A stretch of DNA of 58,180 nucleotides from Candidatus Chazhemtobacterium aquaticus (GTDB taxonomy: Bacteria > Patescibacteriota > Microgenomatia > UBA1400 > Chazhemtobacteraceae), in NCBI RefSeq assembly GCF_009936135.1, contig NZ_CP047901.1, forward strand, positions 1 to 58,180, given 5' to 3'. Made by a program: the position numbers and the translations under genes. The notes below the pieces were generated by a model. The model was not told the origin of the DNA, searched no databases, and worked only from the letters and a program-made list of their open reading frames with translations. Positions 54,240 to 58,180 of this stretch are shown here, piece by piece. Each line of letters starts with the position of its first letter. The first letter of the stretch is position 1.

Positions 54240-55177
54240 TTCAACCCATTACTAATTCGCAACTCTGTCAATACTGGCCACAACTTAATCACTCCCCTAT
54301 ACAGACCTTCCACCTCATCCAAATCAACCGCCGAACCCATTGACCTCAATCGACGAATCTCATGAACTACAGTCACTAACGCCTCACTTCCTAGGGCATT
54401 CGGGAAATTATCAATAATTTCTTCCCAAGTACCAACCTCAATATTCTTACCGTCCTCAACAACATTAGCCATCGCCCATTTTAAGCTGTAATCCAACACA
54501 TGTATCGTTTGAGGACCCAAAAACTCTACCGGCAATACATGTCTATTTGTCCTCAACATTCTAAAATTATCACTAATGCCATCTAAACCTCCTACTGTTA
54601 AATTATGATCGCTTATCACCACCCCAGCTCGCGCCATCTCAGCTATTTGACGGGCCGCCTCCTCATCACCCCACAAACCCAATGATTGTCCAAATAATCC
54701 TCTTGTTAGCTTGGGAGGCTCAAATGCCAAAGCCGCCCTTGCTGAAGGGTAAATCAATGAATGAACCATATGAAGATTGGCATCAGGACCAGCCACCAAA
54801 CGTGCAATCGCCATCTGGGCATCTTCAAGTCTAATCGTCGAAGCAAACACTGGGGTTGTCCCAAATTTTTCCATAATCTTTCTCGTTGCAACGTTCATTG
54901 CATCTAAAACCAAATCGTAAGCGTCTAAATTAACTGGATCGTCTTCTTGAGCACCGTCAAGCAAAATTACCAAATCATCATCACTGATCACTCCACCAAC
55001 TTCCCCTTTAAGCTCAGCCTGTCTAGCCTTACTTCCAGAAACTGCAATCCACTTAACTCTTGCTCCTATCTCAGGGTTTTCTTTAACAGCAGTATCAATT
55101 TCATCAACTATTGCCCCAACAACTGGTTGCGCCAAAAACTCAACTCTCAATTTTTCTTGCTCTGGTGTTCTCGCCAT
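54236..55177 (-). CDS. Hypothetical protein with a Pol-beta-type nucleotidyltransferase-like signature
   Basis: The start is reassigned to the ATG at 55177 (MARTPEQEKL...), because the ORF-track start at 55270 lies inside the T-box terminator/antiterminator. The segment IAVSGSKARQAELKGEVGGVISDDDLVILLD resembles the hG(G/S)-x(n)-D-x-D NTase motif. The fold call is tentative. Confidence 0.6.
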   Translation of the reverse strand: MARTPEQEKLRVEFLAQPVVGAIVDEIDTAVKENPEIGARVKWIAVSGSKARQAELKGEVGGVISDDDLVILLDGAQEDDPVNLDAYDLVLDAMNVATRKIMEKFGTTPVFASTIRLEDAQMAIARLVAGPDANLHMVHSLIYPSARAALAFEPPKLTRGLFGQSLGLWGDEEAARQIAEMARAGVVISDHNLTVGGLDGISDNFRMLRTNRHVLPVEFLGPQTIHVLDYSLKWAMANVVEDGKNIEVGTWEEIIDNFPNALGSEALVTVVHEIRRLRSMGSAVDLDEVEGLYRGVIKLWPVLTELRISNGLK

Positions 55178-55197
55178 ATTTTTTATAAATAAATAAC

Positions 55198-55490
55198 AAA
55201 AAAGCCCTTGCTTGAATCCAAAAAAAATTAGACTCAAACAAGGGCCTTCAAGAACTAAAGACGGTACCACCTTGCTTTTGCCATTCTGTCACCAGAATGA
55301 CCTCACCGAGTGCTCTGTTTACCTTAAATAGGTGACACACTCTCGATATTTTACGGTTATCTTCCGTGTCTGATTTAGTCAGACCAGCTCCAGAGGGTAA
55401 TTTCACATTTTGAATTCGACTGGTTTGCAGCTACCACCAGCTCTCTTATGTCACTTCAAAAAGCTACTATTTCTCCTTCAACGCCTTTGA
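55198..55490 (-). promoter_or_regulatory. T-box riboswitch leader, probable Tyr (UAC) specifier, with intrinsic terminator
   Basis: Elements on the minus strand:
- T-box sequence AAGGUGGUACCGU (55273-55261).
- Canonical antiterminator: helix CAAGG/CCUUG, 7-nt bulge UGGUACC, helix GUCUU/AAGGC.
- Competing 15-bp terminator: GCCCUUGUUUGAGUC (55245-55231) with GGAUUCAAGCAAGGGC (55219-55204), then U6 (55203-55198).
- Stem I K-turn (GUU bulge, tandem G:A pairs).
- AGUA element.
- AG bulge AGAGAG followed by distal hairpin CUGGU-GGUAGCUGCAA-ACCAG.
- Specifier-loop 3' side GAAAUUACC, with UAC at 55399-55397 one nt before the lower helix. Confidence 0.85.
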
Positions 55491-55510
55491 CAAAATTTTA
55501 AAGTAAAAAC

Positions 55511-55539
55511 AAAGTACCAAGACAAAAACAAACTGTCAA
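55511..55539 (-). promoter_or_regulatory. Candidate promoter for the T-box leader (TTGACA-17-TACTTT)
   Basis: On the minus strand, -35 is at 55539-55534 and -10 at 55516-55511. It sits directly after the lysS stop. Confidence 0.35.
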
Positions 55540-55548
55540 CCTTAAGCC

Positions 55549-57006
55549 TTACCTCTCAGGTCGCAAAGTCGGAAAAATAATTGTATCCTTCAAATTAGGC
55601 TGATTTGTCACAATCGCTGTAAATCGATCAATCCCCATTCCCCATCCTGCCGTTGGTGGCATACCATACTCAAGCGCTCGAATATAATCCTCATCTAGCA
55701 TCTGTGCTTCCTTAAAACCTGCCTCCAACAGCTTTTTCTCCTCCTCCCATCTCTCTCGCTGATCTTGTGGATCATTAAGCTCATTATATGCATTAAAAAT
55801 CTCAAAACCGGCTACCACCAAAGCCACACTTGCCACCTTACTTGGATCACCACTCTTTCTTTTTGCCAACGGCTTCATTTCATACGGATGATCGATCAAA
55901 AAAACCGGCCCCGTCATTTTGGGTCTGCAATACTCCTTATACAACTCATCCAACACATTGGCATACCCCTCTACCTCCTCCAACTCTACTTTCAGCCCCC
56001 TACTCTTAATCATCTCCCGCAACCCCTTTTCATCCTTGACTTCATCAATATCAATCTTCGTATCCCGAAACACTAAATCTCTGAAGGTAATCCTCTCCCA
56101 ACCTGGACTAAAATCAATTTTCTTACCCTGATACTCTATCTTATACTTCCCTGTTACCTCCTTTACTGCCCCACCCAACATCTCCTCTGATAACTTCATT
56201 AAATCCTCATAGTTGGCATATGCCCAGTAAAACTCCATCATTGTAAACTCTGGATTATGTTGCCGATCGATTCCCTCATTTCGAAAATCCTTAGCAATCT
56301 CATATACCTTTTCATATCCCCCCACAATCAATCTCTTTAGATACAACTCATCAGCAATTCGTAAATAAAACTCACTCTTCAACGCGTTATGAAAAGTCTT
56401 AAAGGGTCTCGCGGTCGCTCCTCCGTAAATTGGCTGTAACACTGGTGTTTCCACCTCCATAAACCCCTTTTTATCCATAAACTGACGCAGAAATCTCACC
56501 ATCCGTGTTCTTGCATCAAACACCTTCCTCACCTCTGGGTTAAGTATCAAATCTACATACCTCTGCCGATATCTCTCCTCCACATCCTTAAATCCATGCC
56601 AACTCGAAGGCAGTGGCCTTACCGCCTTACTCAACAATCCAAACACCTTTACCTCCACACTTATCTCTCCCGCCTTAGTCTTAAACACACCACCACCTGC
56701 TTGCACAAAATCACCAATATCCACCAACTCCTGTATCATCCACTCCCTCTCACTCACGTTATCCTTCTTTATAACCAACTGCATTTGACCTGACTCATCT
56801 CTCAAATCCATAAAAATCAAACCTCCATGCCCCCTTATTGCCATCACTCTACCAACCACCTTCACTTTCTCACCCTCTTTCTCCCTTGCCTCAGCAATAA
56901 CATCTGTCCTTTCCGTCTTTCCAATATACGGATCTACTCCCAGCTCCTTAAGCTGCTTAATTTTTTCAATTCTCTGTTCTCTAATTCCTGACAATCTCCC
57001 GGCCAT
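55549..57006 (-). CDS. lysS: Lysine--tRNA ligase (class II)
   Basis: N-terminal OB anticodon-binding domain. Class II motifs are FMEVETPVLQ, FRNEGID..HNPEFTMMEFY and GMGIDRF. Confidence 0.95.
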   Translation of the reverse strand: MAGRLSGIREQRIEKIKQLKELGVDPYIGKTERTDVIAEAREKEGEKVKVVGRVMAIRGHGGLIFMDLRDESGQMQLVIKKDNVSEREWMIQELVDIGDFVQAGGGVFKTKAGEISVEVKVFGLLSKAVRPLPSSWHGFKDVEERYRQRYVDLILNPEVRKVFDARTRMVRFLRQFMDKKGFMEVETPVLQPIYGGATARPFKTFHNALKSEFYLRIADELYLKRLIVGGYEKVYEIAKDFRNEGIDRQHNPEFTMMEFYWAYANYEDLMKLSEEMLGGAVKEVTGKYKIEYQGKKIDFSPGWERITFRDLVFRDTKIDIDEVKDEKGLREMIKSRGLKVELEEVEGYANVLDELYKEYCRPKMTGPVFLIDHPYEMKPLAKRKSGDPSKVASVALVVAGFEIFNAYNELNDPQDQRERWEEEKKLLEAGFKEAQMLDEDYIRALEYGMPPTAGWGMGIDRFTAIVTNQPNLKDTIIFPTLRPER

Positions 57007-57050
57007 GGCTGAATTTTACCCCAAAGCCAACCCACACGCTACTCATCTGC

Positions 57051-58016
57051 CTACCAACTAGGTAATCTTCCAGTCAGATATTTCTCCACATCCAAAGCCG
57101 CCTGCACTCCCATTCCCGCTGCTGTGATTGCCTGACGATACCGAAAATCAACCACATCTCCAGCCGCAAACACTCCCTCAACCGAACTCATCGTTGGATA
57201 ACCCTCTAACCACTCTTTTCTTTCCTCCACACTATTCTTCACCATTCTTGTCACCACATACCCGTGACTGTCAACCTCAATCGCATCACCCAAAAAATCA
57301 GTATCAGGAATATGTCCAATCGCTAAAAACAAACCATCAGCCTCTACCTCTTCCTCCTTACCCGTCTTTACATCTTTTATTTTAATACCTTCCAGTATAC
57401 TTTCGCCCTTAACTCCCACCACCTCGCTGTTCCACCTCACCCTAACCTTGTCTTCACCCAAGACTCTCTCCTGCATCACCTTACTAGCTCTAAATTCATC
57501 TCTTCTGTGGACTATCTCCACCCTTTTAGCAAACTTAGCTAAAGCCAAAGCATCCTCCATCGCTACATCTCCACCTCCAACTAAATAGGTGATCTTATCT
57601 TTAAAAAAAGCTGCGTCACAAGTCGCACAAGTACTCACCCCTCTCCCTAACAATCTCTCCTCACCCACATTAAGCATTTTCGCCCTCGCCCCCGTGGCCA
57701 CTATCACTACTTTAGCCTCCTCTAGCTGGTCACCTACCCAAACTTTTTTAAACTCCCCTCCAAGCTCAACCTTTGTTACATTCTCATTTCGTATCTCCGC
57801 TCCAAACTTTTCCGCCTGAGTTCTCATCTCCACCATCAACTCAGGACCCTGAATACCCTTTGCGAAACCTGGATAGTTTTCCACTTCAGTCGTCAACATC
57901 AACTGACCCCCAGCCTTCTCTCCTGCCAGAACCAACGGGTTAAGCCTAGCCCTAGCCAAATATATGGCTGCCGCATAACCAGCTGGACCCGATCCAATTA
58001 CAATTACCTCTCTCAT
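57051..58016 (-). CDS. trxB: Thioredoxin-disulfide reductase
   Basis: FAD motif [14 protein letters not shown], redox-active CATCDA, NADPH motif [12 protein letters not shown], and C-terminal GVFAAGDV. Confidence 0.95.
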   Translation of the reverse strand: MREVIVIGSGPAGYAAAIYLARARLNPLVLAGEKAGGQLMLTTEVENYPGFAKGIQGPELMVEMRTQAEKFGAEIRNENVTKVELGGEFKKVWVGDQLEEAKVVIVATGARAKMLNVGEERLLGRGVSTCATCDAAFFKDKITYLVGGGDVAMEDALALAKFAKRVEIVHRRDEFRASKVMQERVLGEDKVRVRWNSEVVGVKGESILEGIKIKDVKTGKEEEVEADGLFLAIGHIPDTDFLGDAIEVDSHGYVVTRMVKNSVEERKEWLEGYPTMSSVEGVFAAGDVVDFRYRQAITAAGMGVQAALDVEKYLTGRLPSW

Positions 58017-58180
58017 ATCACCTTCTTAATCATATTCTCATACATTACCCTACCTCCAAATCCAACTTGTCGATCCACTTCCTTACCATCCTTAAACATT
58101 ATCACCGTCGGGATACTCATCACTCCAAACCTCATTGCTGTTTGCTGGTTTGCATCAACGTCCAATTTACCAACCTCAAC
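58013..58180 (-). CDS. trxA: Thioredoxin, C-terminal 55 codons only (N-terminus outside the window)
   Basis: Not in the ORF track because it is under 60 aa. The minus-strand frame from 58180 reads [55 protein letters not shown]. This matches the thioredoxin C-terminal half (KxDVDxN...FGVxSIPTxxxFKxGxxVDxxVG). Its stop overlaps the trxB ATG (ATGA). Confidence 0.8.
   Translation of the reverse strand, partial: VEVGKLDVDANQQTAMRFGVMSIPTVIMFKDGKEVDRQVGFGGRVMYENMIKKVI

Noticed and set aside
55178-55270. ORF-track start of the NTase-like gene at 55270 (MVPSLVLEGPCLSLIFFGFKQGLFCYLFIKN...).
   Set aside because: This stretch is the T-box antiterminator/terminator. The ATG at 55177 follows the terminator U-tract.
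45415-57819. Plus-strand ORFs antisense to mnmA, the ATP-grasp genes, RSH, tyrS, lysS and trxB, for example 45415-45951, 46527-46880, 47055-47420, 47995-48390, 48690-49226, 52023-52352, 53133-53468, 55765-56076 and 57128-57385.
   Set aside because: All lie opposite well-supported conserved genes. Their products are P/S/T/L/H-rich and low-complexity, as expected from the stop-poor G-depleted strand.

Overview
The window looks like a fragment of a small, probably uncultivated bacterial genome. A Patescibacteria/CPR-like origin is only a weak inference, from giant LamG/DUF2341 surface proteins, PT-rich secreted proteins and compact housekeeping operons. All coordinates, folds and base counts were worked out by hand.

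Layout:
- 1-22.3 kb (+): a cluster of giant or secreted cell-surface proteins. It holds a 5'-truncated tail-fibre-like protein of more than 2,250 aa and a 2,654-aa protein with five LamG modules, a DUF2341 block, FN3-like modules and three HxH modules. It also holds a frameshifted DUF2341/LamG gene, a Cys/PT-rich protein, and a small protein sharing a C-terminal module with the first giant.
- 22.4-24.5 kb: a polytopic membrane protein with C-terminal TPR repeats.
- 24.5-26.8 kb: high-GC foreign-looking segments interleaved with two tRNA-Ala genes and an HTH/endonuclease-like ORF.
- 27-33.6 kb: obg, a dockerin-like/cohesin-like secreted pair, a LysM-M23 peptidase, rho and a sortase.
- 33.6-37.05 kb: a Phd/RelE toxin-antitoxin pair followed by a 2.6-kb high-GC island of four small membrane or secreted proteins. 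Each has its own Shine-Dalgarno site, three are followed by a terminator, and the first has a long structured leader.
- 37.1-41.5 kb: a GT2-GT2-GT-C glycosylation block.
- 42.3-58.2 kb: radA (+), then a minus-strand housekeeping run. The run is rpsA, mnmA, an operon of three ATP-grasp ligases plus a 7TM protein, a retropepsin-like domain and an RSH protein, then a Tyr T-box leader controlling NTase-like/MBL/tyrS, then lysS, trxB and a partial trxA.

Most notable observations:
- The + strand is strongly G-depleted regardless of gene orientation, and skew-free segments stand out against this background.
- A canonical T-box (probable specifier UAC) drives two uncharacterised genes plus tyrS.
- The RSH gene is translationally coupled to the ATP-grasp/7TM/retropepsin operon.
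- The giant adhesin-like cluster contains phage-fibre-like modules.

No CRISPR array, rRNA gene, reverse transcriptase, integrase or transposase was recognised.
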